From assembly GCA_016710965.1 (NCBI GenBank), contig JADJTW010000011.1, positions 27,040 through 91,039 of the forward strand: a stretch of 64,000 nucleotides of DNA, read 5' to 3'. The DNA is from Flavobacteriales bacterium. GTDB lineage: Bacteria > Bacteroidota > Bacteroidia > Flavobacteriales_F > PHOS-HE28. The notes below the pieces were generated by a model that saw only the letters and a list, made by a program, of their open reading frames with translations, did not search any database and had not been told where the DNA came from. The translations under genes and the position numbers were made by a program. Shown here in pieces: positions 31,176 through 40,325 of the stretch. Positions within the stretch are counted from its first letter, which is position 1. The number at the start of each line of letters is the position of its first letter.

Positions 31176-32500
31176 TCCGCCGGCTCGCTACGGTGGTGCT
31201 TGCGCTGGCCCTGCTTGGCCAAGGAGCGGAGGCGGTCGCACAGGACCAGGAGGCTGCTCGCTTCGAATTGCAATGGTTCCAGGACGCCAGGCTGGGGATC
31301 TTCATCCACTGGGGCATCTACAGCGTGAAGGGCGTGGACGAAAGCTGGAGCTTCTATAACAAGAAGATCGGCTACGGGGAGTACATGAAGCAGATCGAGG
31401 GCTTCTCTGCGAAGAACTACGATCCTGCCGCCTGGGCCGAGCTGATCAAGAAGAGCGGAGCGCGCTACGCGGTGATCACTACCAAGCATCACGACGGCCT
31501 GGCGCTCTATGATACCAAGTTCAACGAACGGAGCGTTGTCCGATCGTCACCGGCGAAGCGTGATGTCATCGCGCCCCTCTTCGTTGAGTTGCGTGAACGC
31601 GGTATCCGCTGTGGAGCGTACTACTCATTGATCGATTGGAGCGACGAGGATTATCCGGCCTTCGTACAAGGCGATGGGCGATATACGCTGAGCGAGAATC
31701 CTGCTGGTTGGCAGCGCTTCCGGGATTTCTACCAAGGCCAGATCAGCGAGATCGCCGCGCAGCTGAAGCCCGACCTCTGGTGGTTCGATGGCGATTGGGA
31801 GCACAGCGCCGAGGAGTGGGAGGCGATGAAAGTGCGTCAGATGATCCTGAAGGTGAACCCCCGCGCGATCATCAACGGCAGGCTCGCAGGCTTCGGTGAT
31901 TACGCCACGCCCGAGCAGAACATCCCGATCGAGACGCCGACCGCCCCCGCGTGGGAGTTGTGCATGACGCTGGGCGAGCAATGGGGCTGGCAGCCGCAGG
32001 ACACCAACTACAAGAGCACCCACGACCTCATCCACATCTTCGCCGATGTCATCGGCCATGGCGGCAACCTGCTGCTAGGCATCGGGCCGAAGGAGGACGG
32101 CACCTTCACGCCGGGACAGGTCGCACGCCTCGAAGACCTGGGCCATTGGACCAGCAAGCACGCCGAAGCGATCTACGGCACACGCGCCGGGCTTCCCAGC
32201 GGGCACTTCTTCGGGCCTACCACGCTGAGCAAGGACAGCACCACGCTCTACCTCTTCCTGCCGCAACCCGCAGGTGGAAGTATGGAGATCAAGGGGCTGG
32301 ACAACAAGATACTGTCGGTGGAAGTCGTCGGCCGATCCATGCCGCTCGCGCATCGTGTCGTAGGCAAGATCAGCTGGAGCAAGGTGCCGGGATTGGCCTT
32401 CATTGATGTGCCGATGGAAGCGACCGATCCGTGGATGACCGTGCTGAAGGTGAAGCTGGACGGGAAGGTGAAATTGTATCGCGGGCAAGGTGGGTTCTGA
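31172..32500 (+). CDS. Alpha-L-fucosidase, GH29
   Basis: Signal peptide; TTKHHDGLALYDT motif; GH29 sequence over its full length. Confidence 0.85.
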   Translation: MIRRLATVVLALALLGQGAEAVAQDQEAARFELQWFQDARLGIFIHWGIYSVKGVDESWSFYNKKIGYGEYMKQIEGFSAKNYDPAAWAELIKKSGARYAVITTKHHDGLALYDTKFNERSVVRSSPAKRDVIAPLFVELRERGIRCGAYYSLIDWSDEDYPAFVQGDGRYTLSENPAGWQRFRDFYQGQISEIAAQLKPDLWWFDGDWEHSAEEWEAMKVRQMILKVNPRAIINGRLAGFGDYATPEQNIPIETPTAPAWELCMTLGEQWGWQPQDTNYKSTHDLIHIFADVIGHGGNLLLGIGPKEDGTFTPGQVARLEDLGHWTSKHAEAIYGTRAGLPSGHFFGPTTLSKDSTTLYLFLPQPAGGSMEIKGLDNKILSVEVVGRSMPLAHRVVGKISWSKVPGLAFIDVPMEATDPWMTVLKVKLDGKVKLYRGQGGF

Positions 32501-32550
32501 GGTTCCACCCCAGAGGCAGAGAGCAGGCGGGCCGCTGTGAGGAACAGTAT

Positions 32551-34404
32551 TCACCGCACCACGATCTCATCGCAGAACAACCAGCACTGGCCCTTGCTGC
32601 CGTGCCATGCGGGCAGGTCGCCAAGATTGCGGGCGGTGATGCGTATGTAGCGGGCTTGCATGCCTGGCTCTACAGCACAGGAAAGTCCAAAGGGATAGGG
32701 CGCCCCTTTTTGTTGTTGCTGTGGTATATGTGTCTTGTCGAACCGCGACCATTGCTGCAGGTCAACAGAAGTCTCGATCAGCACGTTGGCTGGCAGGAAG
32801 ATCCAACTCTGTTGATCGCACAGAAAGGAAAGTTCGACTTTGTTTATTCGGCTCATCCGTCCCAGATCTATCGTCGCCACCATGTCCTTGCCATACCAGC
32901 CCTGCCAGCCGAACTGATAGTTGGTGCTTGCGCGGAAGCCATCCACCAGTGCATCCGGTCGGCCGGCGGTGTAACGGGGATCCGGCGGCTCCACGAAGCT
33001 GATGGTCTTGCCAACAGCGAGGTGATTCTCTGCGCCGTATTTCAAGTGACCACTGAACTCCTCGTAGTAGTCGTCCGGAGAGAGACGGGTCTCATGCAAC
33101 AGCACATGCCCACGCTTCTTCGCCCGAGAAACGAAAGTCTCCAGAAGCTCCACGTAGTAAAGCTTCGCGCGCCACTGCCCTTTCTTGTCTTTCTCAAAGA
33201 GCCCGTTCGGTGCATGCGGCATCGCCCGCGCGATCTCCAGCTCGGCGTACATGATCGATAGGCGTGCGGCCTCCACGCGCTGCTGGTAGATCGGGTCCTC
33301 GTCCATCACCGCCGCCTCGGCACTGTTGAAGAGCATCTTGTACTTCGCCAGGTTCGCCGGGCTGAGGTAGCCGTCCCGGTGCGCCTGAGGATGCTCATAC
33401 AGCGTTAGTGGCTTCCCGCTCTTGTCGAGTTCCGCTTCCAACAGGCGCGTGTACTTTTCGATGTACACGCCCGCCTCGCCGTAGCAGCTGTCCATGAATT
33501 GCCAACGCAGCGAGTCGATGTCGAGATCAGGGTTCCACAGGAGCTTGGCCAGCAGGTAGCAGCGGAACTCCGGCATCTCGCCACCGGGCGATGAGAGGCC
33601 CTGCTCGAAAACCATCGGCACGCCGGCATCGCGGAAGAGCTGCAGGTTGGGTTGCAGCACCTTCCAGTTCGGGAAAGGCGCTAGCAGGTGCGAGAAGTTG
33701 ATGACGTAGTCCCACACGATGATGTTGTGGGTGAGCTCGCTCCACTCACGCAGGTCCGCCGTGAACGAGCCGGGCTGATCGCGCGTGGCGATGGGACTGC
33801 TGCGGTCCTCCTCGATGCTGCAGAGCATGATGTTCACGTTGCGGTGTGGCTTGGTCACCTTCGGCGCGGTGCGGCTGTACTGGTAGGCCAGCGTGCTGAT
33901 CACCTTTTCGGGGAAGCTGTCGGCCACGGCGTTGGCGAAGCGGATGATGCTGCCGCTGGGCGAACCCTCGATGCTGTCGGTGAGGTGGCATTGCGTGCAT
34001 TGGCAGTGGTTGAAGTTGTCCATCTGGCTCACGCTCCAGTATTCCGCGTAAGGCTTCCGCTGAATCATCGCGCGCAAGCTGTCAACCGTGATGCGCAGGA
34101 CCGCAGGATTGCTCAGGCAGAGCTGATCGGGCACGCGCACACCGTTGCGCTCCGCGAAGTAGTCCGGGTGTGCATCGAACTGCGTAGGCGGCACGAAGCG
34201 GTGCATGGTGTGTACCCACAGGCCCCATTCAGGGTCCTCGGAGTCTCGGGTCTTGATGACCTGCCGGATGCGATGCTCGGCGGCGTAGGCGCTGTCCGTG
34301 GCAGGGCCATAGAAGACCATGCGGAAGGAGAAGGAGGAAGTGTCTTGAGCAAGCAGTGACAGCCACGACACGAGGACGGACAGGGCGCTGGCGAATGAAC
34401 GCAT
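32551..34404 (-). CDS. DUF4838-domain protein (glycoside-hydrolase-like) with C-terminal discoidin-like domain
   Basis: Signal peptide; 617 aa; the C-terminal 150 aa are F5/8-type-C-like. Confidence 0.5.
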   Translation of the reverse strand: MRSFASALSVLVSWLSLLAQDTSSFSFRMVFYGPATDSAYAAEHRIRQVIKTRDSEDPEWGLWVHTMHRFVPPTQFDAHPDYFAERNGVRVPDQLCLSNPAVLRITVDSLRAMIQRKPYAEYWSVSQMDNFNHCQCTQCHLTDSIEGSPSGSIIRFANAVADSFPEKVISTLAYQYSRTAPKVTKPHRNVNIMLCSIEEDRSSPIATRDQPGSFTADLREWSELTHNIIVWDYVINFSHLLAPFPNWKVLQPNLQLFRDAGVPMVFEQGLSSPGGEMPEFRCYLLAKLLWNPDLDIDSLRWQFMDSCYGEAGVYIEKYTRLLEAELDKSGKPLTLYEHPQAHRDGYLSPANLAKYKMLFNSAEAAVMDEDPIYQQRVEAARLSIMYAELEIARAMPHAPNGLFEKDKKGQWRAKLYYVELLETFVSRAKKRGHVLLHETRLSPDDYYEEFSGHLKYGAENHLAVGKTISFVEPPDPRYTAGRPDALVDGFRASTNYQFGWQGWYGKDMVATIDLGRMSRINKVELSFLCDQQSWIFLPANVLIETSVDLQQWSRFDKTHIPQQQQKGAPYPFGLSCAVEPGMQARYIRITARNLGDLPAWHGSKGQCWLFCDEIVVR

Positions 34405-34449
34405 GTTTCAATCTGCCATCTCCACCAATGGTTCGCCGCCCTCAAGCAT

Positions 34450-34743
34450 CTACAGGGCCTCAGGAAGACGTTCGGCGAAGGCTTGTTTCAGGTGAGCGGT
34501 GCTCGTGTTGCCCATACGCAACCAGATGATGCCCGGTGGCGGCCCAAGTCGCTTCACGATGTTGACCAGATCAACATCCTTCGTGATGATGACGTCAGCA
34601 ACTCCCTTGGCCTTCGAGAACAAGGTCTCGTCGTACATCGTCGCGTTGCCGATGTCACGTATGGAAAAGCACTTGACGTTGAATTCAGACCTGATCCAAT
34701 TGGCCAGTACCGGAGAGAGCTGAGCGTCGAGCCAGATGGTCAC
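34450..34743 (-). CDS. DUF5615 PIN-like putative toxin
   Basis: 97 aa. Lower GC (about 55%) than surroundings. Overlaps the DUF433 gene by 4 nt. Confidence 0.5.
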   Translation of the reverse strand: MTIWLDAQLSPVLANWIRSEFNVKCFSIRDIGNATMYDETLFSKAKGVADVIITKDVDLVNIVKRLGPPPGIIWLRMGNTSTAHLKQAFAERLPEAL

Positions 34744-34964
34744 GCTGCCAGGATCGGATAGTCCAACCGGCCGCTGGCGAATTTCAACGCGGCTTCAACG
34801 TCAGCGACTTCAAGGTCTGGCAACTCTTCCTCGACCTGCTGGGCGCTTAGACCCGTAGCGAGCAGATCGAGGATGTCGGTGACACGGATGCGTAGACCTC
34901 GGATGCACGGCCGACCACCGCACATGCGCGGGTCAACGGTGATGCGTTCGGTCAGGTAGGTCAT
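34740..34964 (-). CDS. DUF433 putative antitoxin
   Basis: 74 aa; ...DPRMCGGRPCIRGLRIRV... signature. Confidence 0.55.
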   Translation of the reverse strand: MTYLTERITVDPRMCGGRPCIRGLRIRVTDILDLLATGLSAQQVEEELPDLEVADVEAALKFASGRLDYPILAA

Positions 34965-35083
34965 GGTGGCAGCTTGTGATGACCAAAAGTAAGAGGATCG
35001 CTGGGCGCCTGTGACTATCGAGTCTCAGGGTACCGAGGCGGTGACCCGGAGAGAAAATCGACCTAGCCCAGATCATGAATCGC

Positions 35084-36562
35084 TCAAACGATCTTATCAG
35101 GACGACGACGTATGCGAATGACTTTGATGCCGCCGGGCCCGGAAAGGTCTTGCTTGGTCAGGTGGATGACCACACGGCATTTCGTGACCGTGGTCATGGG
35201 CTTGTTCGTATTGCCGATTATGATCGGCCGACCAATGAGTTTGTCCGATCTGCAGCCAAGGTCGATATCACCAACACTTGTGCTGTCTACGAAGATGTAG
35301 TTGTATTGGTCGTCGCGGCGACGGGTGTCAGTGGCTTCCACCTCCGATTCTGCGACAACTTTCCCGCCTTCAGCGAACACGGGATTTCGATGGGTCTTGG
35401 ACCATCCATCAACATGCTCATCATAGATGGCCTCCCCGTTCACCTTCAACCATGCCCCCACTTCCTTCAACCGCACGTAGGCCGTTGAGTCGAGTTGCCC
35501 ATCCGGTCCCGGTGCCACGTTCAGCAGAAGACTTCCCCCGCGCGAGACCACTTGCACCAGCGTGCGGATGATCTCGTCCGTGCTCTTGTACTGCTCGTTC
35601 GGCACCCAGCTCCAGCTCGTGCCCATGGGCATGCAGGTCTCCCACGGCACGCCGAGGTCGGCATCGGGTACGTGGCCTTCTGGTGTGATGTAGTTCTCGA
35701 ACTCACCCCCCACGGTCCGATCCACAACGAGCAAGCCGGGCTGCTTAGCACGCGCCATCGTCGCGATGCGCTTCATATCGATGTCCTGTTCGATGGTGAT
35801 CGCCTTCTGCCAACTTACGCTGGTGTCGATGCTGCTGAAGGGGCGTACCCAGCCGCCGTCGAGCCAGAGGATGTCCACAGGGCCATATCCGGTCATCAGC
35901 TCTTCGATCTGCGCATAGGTGTGGTCCTTAAACTCCTGCCAACGCTCGGGATGCTTTGCGGGCAGGTAGTTCACGCTGCGGTCCTTCGGCGGGAAGTAGG
36001 ACCACCAGTAGTCGGGGCTGTGCCAGTCGGGCTTGCTGAAGTAGGCTCCTGTCCACAGTCCCTCGTTGCGGAAAGCGGTGAAGATTTCCTTGGTCACGTT
36101 GGCACGCGGGCTTGTGCGGAAGGGCGTGTGCGGCGAGGTGATCCGGTAGTCCGTGGTCTTGGTGTCGAACATGCAGAAGCCGTCGTGGTGCTTGGTGGTG
36201 AAGACCATGTACTTCATGCCGGCGTCCTTCGCGGCCTTGGCCCACTTGTCCGGGTCGAACTTCACCGGATCGAACGTGCGCTGCAGGTTCTCATAGTTGC
36301 GCACGTACTCGGCATAGGTCTTCCCGTGCGACGAGTCGCGGCGGCACCAGTCCTCATCCTCCGGACAGATGCTCCAGCTCTCCACCACGCCCCATTGGCT
36401 GTACGGCCCCCAGTGCATCAGCAGGCCGAACTTGAGGTCCTGCCATTGTGCGAGCTTGTTCTGCACGACTGGATCCACCGGCGCCATGTACGGAGCTTGC
36501 GCAAGGCCATTGATCGAGGCCGATAGAACAAAGAGCCCGGTGAATGCGACCCCGTAGTTCAT
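35084..36562 (-). CDS. Alpha-L-fucosidase, GH29 (second copy)
   Basis: FTTKHHDGFCMFDT; signal peptide MNYGVAFTGLFVLSA. Start trimmed from the ORF-track extension. Confidence 0.85.
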   Translation of the reverse strand: MNYGVAFTGLFVLSASINGLAQAPYMAPVDPVVQNKLAQWQDLKFGLLMHWGPYSQWGVVESWSICPEDEDWCRRDSSHGKTYAEYVRNYENLQRTFDPVKFDPDKWAKAAKDAGMKYMVFTTKHHDGFCMFDTKTTDYRITSPHTPFRTSPRANVTKEIFTAFRNEGLWTGAYFSKPDWHSPDYWWSYFPPKDRSVNYLPAKHPERWQEFKDHTYAQIEELMTGYGPVDILWLDGGWVRPFSSIDTSVSWQKAITIEQDIDMKRIATMARAKQPGLLVVDRTVGGEFENYITPEGHVPDADLGVPWETCMPMGTSWSWVPNEQYKSTDEIIRTLVQVVSRGGSLLLNVAPGPDGQLDSTAYVRLKEVGAWLKVNGEAIYDEHVDGWSKTHRNPVFAEGGKVVAESEVEATDTRRRDDQYNYIFVDSTSVGDIDLGCRSDKLIGRPIIIGNTNKPMTTVTKCRVVIHLTKQDLSGPGGIKVIRIRRRPDKIV

Positions 36563-38094
36563 GGCACCATGATCCTCACCATGCACGCCTGCCCGATGGT
36601 GCTTAACCGCACGATCAGCAACCCGGGAGGAAGACCGGTCCTGGGGATCCGAGCATGCCCTGCGGTCCATGAGGTCCGTTCACTCAAGAGCGCCCTTCCC
36701 GCAGCATCGAACAACTGCACGCTTCCCGGACCCGAGGCATCCGGCCAGAGGAACTCCAACCCCGCGGCCGTCAATGTCGCATAGGCGGGCTGATGCGCCA
36801 GTGCCTCGGGAACTCCCACGTGCTCGGGTGTACGACAGAAGGAATAGGTGTCCACCAATGAAGCGGTTGTGCTCATGCTGTCGGTGCGCCAGCCACTGAA
36901 GGTGATGCATATATCATCGCCATCATCTTCCACCCGCACTTCTCCGAACTGCCCGTTCCAGTAGTTGGGATTCGGATGCACGCCTCCTTGGTTGAAGTTG
37001 CCTCCCTTGTACGAGCCTGTGCGCGAGAGGGCGGCCGCTTGGAAGATGGGATAGTGGTAGCGCAAGTCGTGCCCACTGCTGAAGTCCGCGTTTGCGCCAT
37101 CGTCTATCGCCAGCATGTGCGCATCGCCGCTGAGGATGAACAGGTCCTTCACCTGTTGATCGAAGAGGAAGTCATTGATGGCGGTTCGCTCATCAGGCTG
37201 ACAGGCCCAGTTCTCCGGATACCCCACGCTGTTCCATGTAAGCGGCGAAACCCACGCGGCAACGAGCCCGTGATCGCGGGCATACAGGAACTCGCCCAGC
37301 AGCCAGGTGAACTGCCCGATATCCATCATAGCCTCGGAACCTTTGGAGCTCCGCAGGTCGCTCAGGATGAAATGCACGCGGCCGATGGTGAACGACTGAT
37401 GCACGCTGGTGGCGTGGTGCAGTGGATAGTGAGGTACGTACTCGCGATAGGCACGCGCAGCGCTGGCCTTGCCTATAGAGCTGCCATCGGAGCCGTTGCC
37501 GCAGAAGTCGTGGTCGTCCCACACATACGCGATGGGCACCTTGTGAAGGAACTCTCGGATCGACGATGTGCCCAGCACGTCTTCCCTGTACGGGGCTCGG
37601 TGCTGCTCCACGTCAATGGAGTTGGGGTCACGGTAATGCAAGTCGCCCGTGCTGAGGAAGAGGAGCGGATGCGTTTGGTGCATGGCCTCCCACACCGGGT
37701 GCGTGCTCGTTCCGTTGCACGACCCGACCACGAACGAGAAGTTGCACGGTCCCTCGTGCGGGGTGCGGAAGCGGCCGACATGCGCAGCAGCCGTATCCAG
37801 GATGCCGTTCACCTCGAACCGGTAGAGGTAGGCTTGGTGCGGCTGCAAACCGTCCAACTCGAACGCAACCACGCGGTCATCGGAGCTGTCGGCTGTTGCG
37901 AAGGAGGAATATGACAGCCCATCGAGGCAAGGCCATGCGCAGTAGGCCAAGCGTATGGGATCGGTGCCGGAGCTCATGCGCGCCTTGACCGTTATCGAAG
38001 AAGGTGTGAGCGCCCCGCTCCAGAATAACAGCGTGCTGTCCTGTGCCTGCGCCACGGTGGCGCATGCGAGCAAGGGTATGAGCAGCGGCCACAT
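36559..38094 (-). CDS. PhoD-like metallophosphatase with T9SS C-terminal domain
   Basis: GDLHYRD and VWDDHDF metallophosphoesterase motifs; C-terminal ...GLLIVRLSTIGQACMVRIMVP sorting domain. Confidence 0.65.
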   Translation of the reverse strand: MWPLLIPLLACATVAQAQDSTLLFWSGALTPSSITVKARMSSGTDPIRLAYCAWPCLDGLSYSSFATADSSDDRVVAFELDGLQPHQAYLYRFEVNGILDTAAAHVGRFRTPHEGPCNFSFVVGSCNGTSTHPVWEAMHQTHPLLFLSTGDLHYRDPNSIDVEQHRAPYREDVLGTSSIREFLHKVPIAYVWDDHDFCGNGSDGSSIGKASAARAYREYVPHYPLHHATSVHQSFTIGRVHFILSDLRSSKGSEAMMDIGQFTWLLGEFLYARDHGLVAAWVSPLTWNSVGYPENWACQPDERTAINDFLFDQQVKDLFILSGDAHMLAIDDGANADFSSGHDLRYHYPIFQAAALSRTGSYKGGNFNQGGVHPNPNYWNGQFGEVRVEDDGDDICITFSGWRTDSMSTTASLVDTYSFCRTPEHVGVPEALAHQPAYATLTAAGLEFLWPDASGPGSVQLFDAAGRALLSERTSWTAGHARIPRTGLPPGLLIVRLSTIGQACMVRIMVP

Positions 38095-38106
38095 GGCCGG
38101 CTAAGG

Positions 38107-38739
38107 TCAGGGTTGGGCGCTGACGAACAGCAGGCCCCACGGTACGAACATCACCAGCGCCACGCTGACCGAACCTACGAGGAAGCCGCTGTACACCTGT
38201 GCGGGAGTATGGTCGCTCACGAGCAGCCGTGAGGTGCCCAAGGCTCCGGATACCAGCACCGCTATCATAAGCGGGACGGCGAATGCCAGGCTGTGCGATT
38301 GCGCCACGGAGAATACGGCGCCCACCATTCCGCCCGCACCCACCATGTGCGCACTGATCTTCCAGCGCAGGGTGATGAGCGTTGTGACCAAGAGCGCGAA
38401 ACCGGCAGCGACCATGAGCGCGATGAGTTGTGGATGGAGCCGGGTCTTCGCGAGGAGGAACCAGGTCATGCCGTAGTACACCAGTGTCATGCAGTACGGT
38501 GCGATGCGCTCTCGACGGTCGGGCATGCGCAGACCGCTCACCATGCCTGAGCGTACCAGCAGCAGTACGCTGGTGATGGGGAAGGCCACGGTCATGAGCG
38601 CCACCATTGCCAGGAGCACCGTGCGCGAAGGGATCTCCATGTAGAAGTACGGGTCGGCCCAAAGCACGAAGGCCAGCGTGTACACCGGCATGAACAACGG
38701 ATGCAGGAGGATCGAAAGGAGCTGGGCGATGGCGAGCAT
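38107..38739 (-). CDS. PAP2-family membrane phosphatase
   Basis: Six TM helices; SAH and SRLLVSDH (SRxxxxxHxxxD) motifs. Confidence 0.6.
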   Translation of the reverse strand: MLAIAQLLSILLHPLFMPVYTLAFVLWADPYFYMEIPSRTVLLAMVALMTVAFPITSVLLLVRSGMVSGLRMPDRRERIAPYCMTLVYYGMTWFLLAKTRLHPQLIALMVAAGFALLVTTLITLRWKISAHMVGAGGMVGAVFSVAQSHSLAFAVPLMIAVLVSGALGTSRLLVSDHTPAQVYSGFLVGSVSVALVMFVPWGLLFVSAQP

Positions 38740-40208
38740 CAGAGTTCCTTGCGCAGTCGTGCGACGGGCAGGCTCAGTTGCTCGCGGTACTTGGCCACGG
38801 TGCGCCGCGCGATGTTGTAGCCCTTGCTCTTGAGCAGCGCGGTCAGTTCATCATCGGTCAGGGGCTTGTGCTTGTCCTCGGCCTCAATGGCGTCCTTCAG
38901 GATCTTCTTCACTTCCCGTGTGCTCACCTCCTCGCCGGCCTCGTTGGTAAGGCTTTCGCTGAAGAAGAACTTGAGCAGGATGGTGCCGTAGTTCGTCTGC
39001 ACGTACTTGCTGTTGGCCACCCGGCTGATGGTGCTGATGTCCAGGTGCACCTTCTCGGCGATGTCCTTCAGGATCATCGGCTTCAACTTGGTCTCGTCGC
39101 CGGTGAGGAAGAACTCGCGCTGGTGCTCCATGATGGCTTCCATGGTCACCAGCAGCGTATGCTGCCGTTGCTTGATGGCATCGATGAACCACTTGGCGCC
39201 GTCGAGCTTCTGCTTGATGAACATGATGGCCTCCTTGGCCGCCTTGTCCTTCTTGTTGCGCGCGTACTCCTGCATCATCTCGCGGTAGGCGCGGCTGATG
39301 CGCAGCTCGGGGGCATTGCGGCCGTTGAGCGTCAGCTCAAGCTGGCCGTCGATCGCCATCACGCTGAAATCGGGCACGATCTCCTGCACGGTCTTGTCCG
39401 TCTCGCGCATGGTGTTACCCGGCTTGGGGTTCAGGTGCGTGATCAGTTCGATCGCCCCTTTCAGTGCATCCTCGTCGATCTCCAAGCGTTCAAGGATCTT
39501 GTCATAGTGCTTCTTGGAGAAGGCCTCGAAGTGCTTGGCCACGATCTCTTGGGCCACCCGCTGATCGAGGCTGTGGGGCATGCGGTTGATCTGCAGCAGC
39601 AGGCACTCGCGCAGGTCGCGCGCTCCGGTGCCTGCGGGATCCAAGGCGTGTACCTCGCCCAAGGCTTCCTCCAGCTCCTCCTTGGTGGCTGATATGTTCT
39701 GGGTGAAGGCCAGGTCGTTCACGATGGCATCCAGGTCCCGACGCAGGTATCCGTCCTCATCGAGGTTGCCGATCAGGTGTTGGGCCAGGAGCTCGGTGCG
39801 TTCGGTGCAATCGCGCAGCGAGAGCTGGGCCGTGAGCGCATCCTGGAAGGAGGTGCCGCCCGCAAGGGGCACTTGACGTTCCTCATCGTCGGCGCTCCGG
39901 TTGTTCACGCTCAGCTTGTAGTCGGGCGTATCGTCATCGCCGAAGTAATCGCTCAGGTCCAGGTCGTCGCGCTCGTTCTCCTCATTGGCGTCGCTATCCA
40001 TCTCGCTGCTTTCCTCAATGGCCTGCTCCTCGGTGGGCGCCTCCTCCTCATTGCTGTCCTCGCCCTCCTCCAATGCAGGGTTGTCGGCGATCTCCTGCTT
40101 GATGCGCTCCTCCATGTCCAAGGTGGGCAGCTGCAGCATCTTCATCAGCTGGATCTGCTGCGGACTGAGCTTCTGGGAGAGCTTCTGGTAAAGGCCTTGT
40201 TTCAACAT
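38739..40208 (-). CDS. rpoN: RNA polymerase sigma-54 factor
   Basis: Acidic region plus C-terminal RpoN box ARRTVAKYRE. Confidence 0.9.
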   Translation of the reverse strand: MLKQGLYQKLSQKLSPQQIQLMKMLQLPTLDMEERIKQEIADNPALEEGEDSNEEEAPTEEQAIEESSEMDSDANEENERDDLDLSDYFGDDDTPDYKLSVNNRSADDEERQVPLAGGTSFQDALTAQLSLRDCTERTELLAQHLIGNLDEDGYLRRDLDAIVNDLAFTQNISATKEELEEALGEVHALDPAGTGARDLRECLLLQINRMPHSLDQRVAQEIVAKHFEAFSKKHYDKILERLEIDEDALKGAIELITHLNPKPGNTMRETDKTVQEIVPDFSVMAIDGQLELTLNGRNAPELRISRAYREMMQEYARNKKDKAAKEAIMFIKQKLDGAKWFIDAIKQRQHTLLVTMEAIMEHQREFFLTGDETKLKPMILKDIAEKVHLDISTISRVANSKYVQTNYGTILLKFFFSESLTNEAGEEVSTREVKKILKDAIEAEDKHKPLTDDELTALLKSKGYNIARRTVAKYREQLSLPVARLRKEL

Positions 40209-40325
40209 CGCGGGGCGAAATTACCAGCAACTCAACGCTTCTTCCCCTTCAAGTTGTTCCTGATGCGGCACGAGCGCACCGCCTTCGGTGCTTTCGCACG
40301 CGGGTGTTGGGGGGACTTGCCGGAT

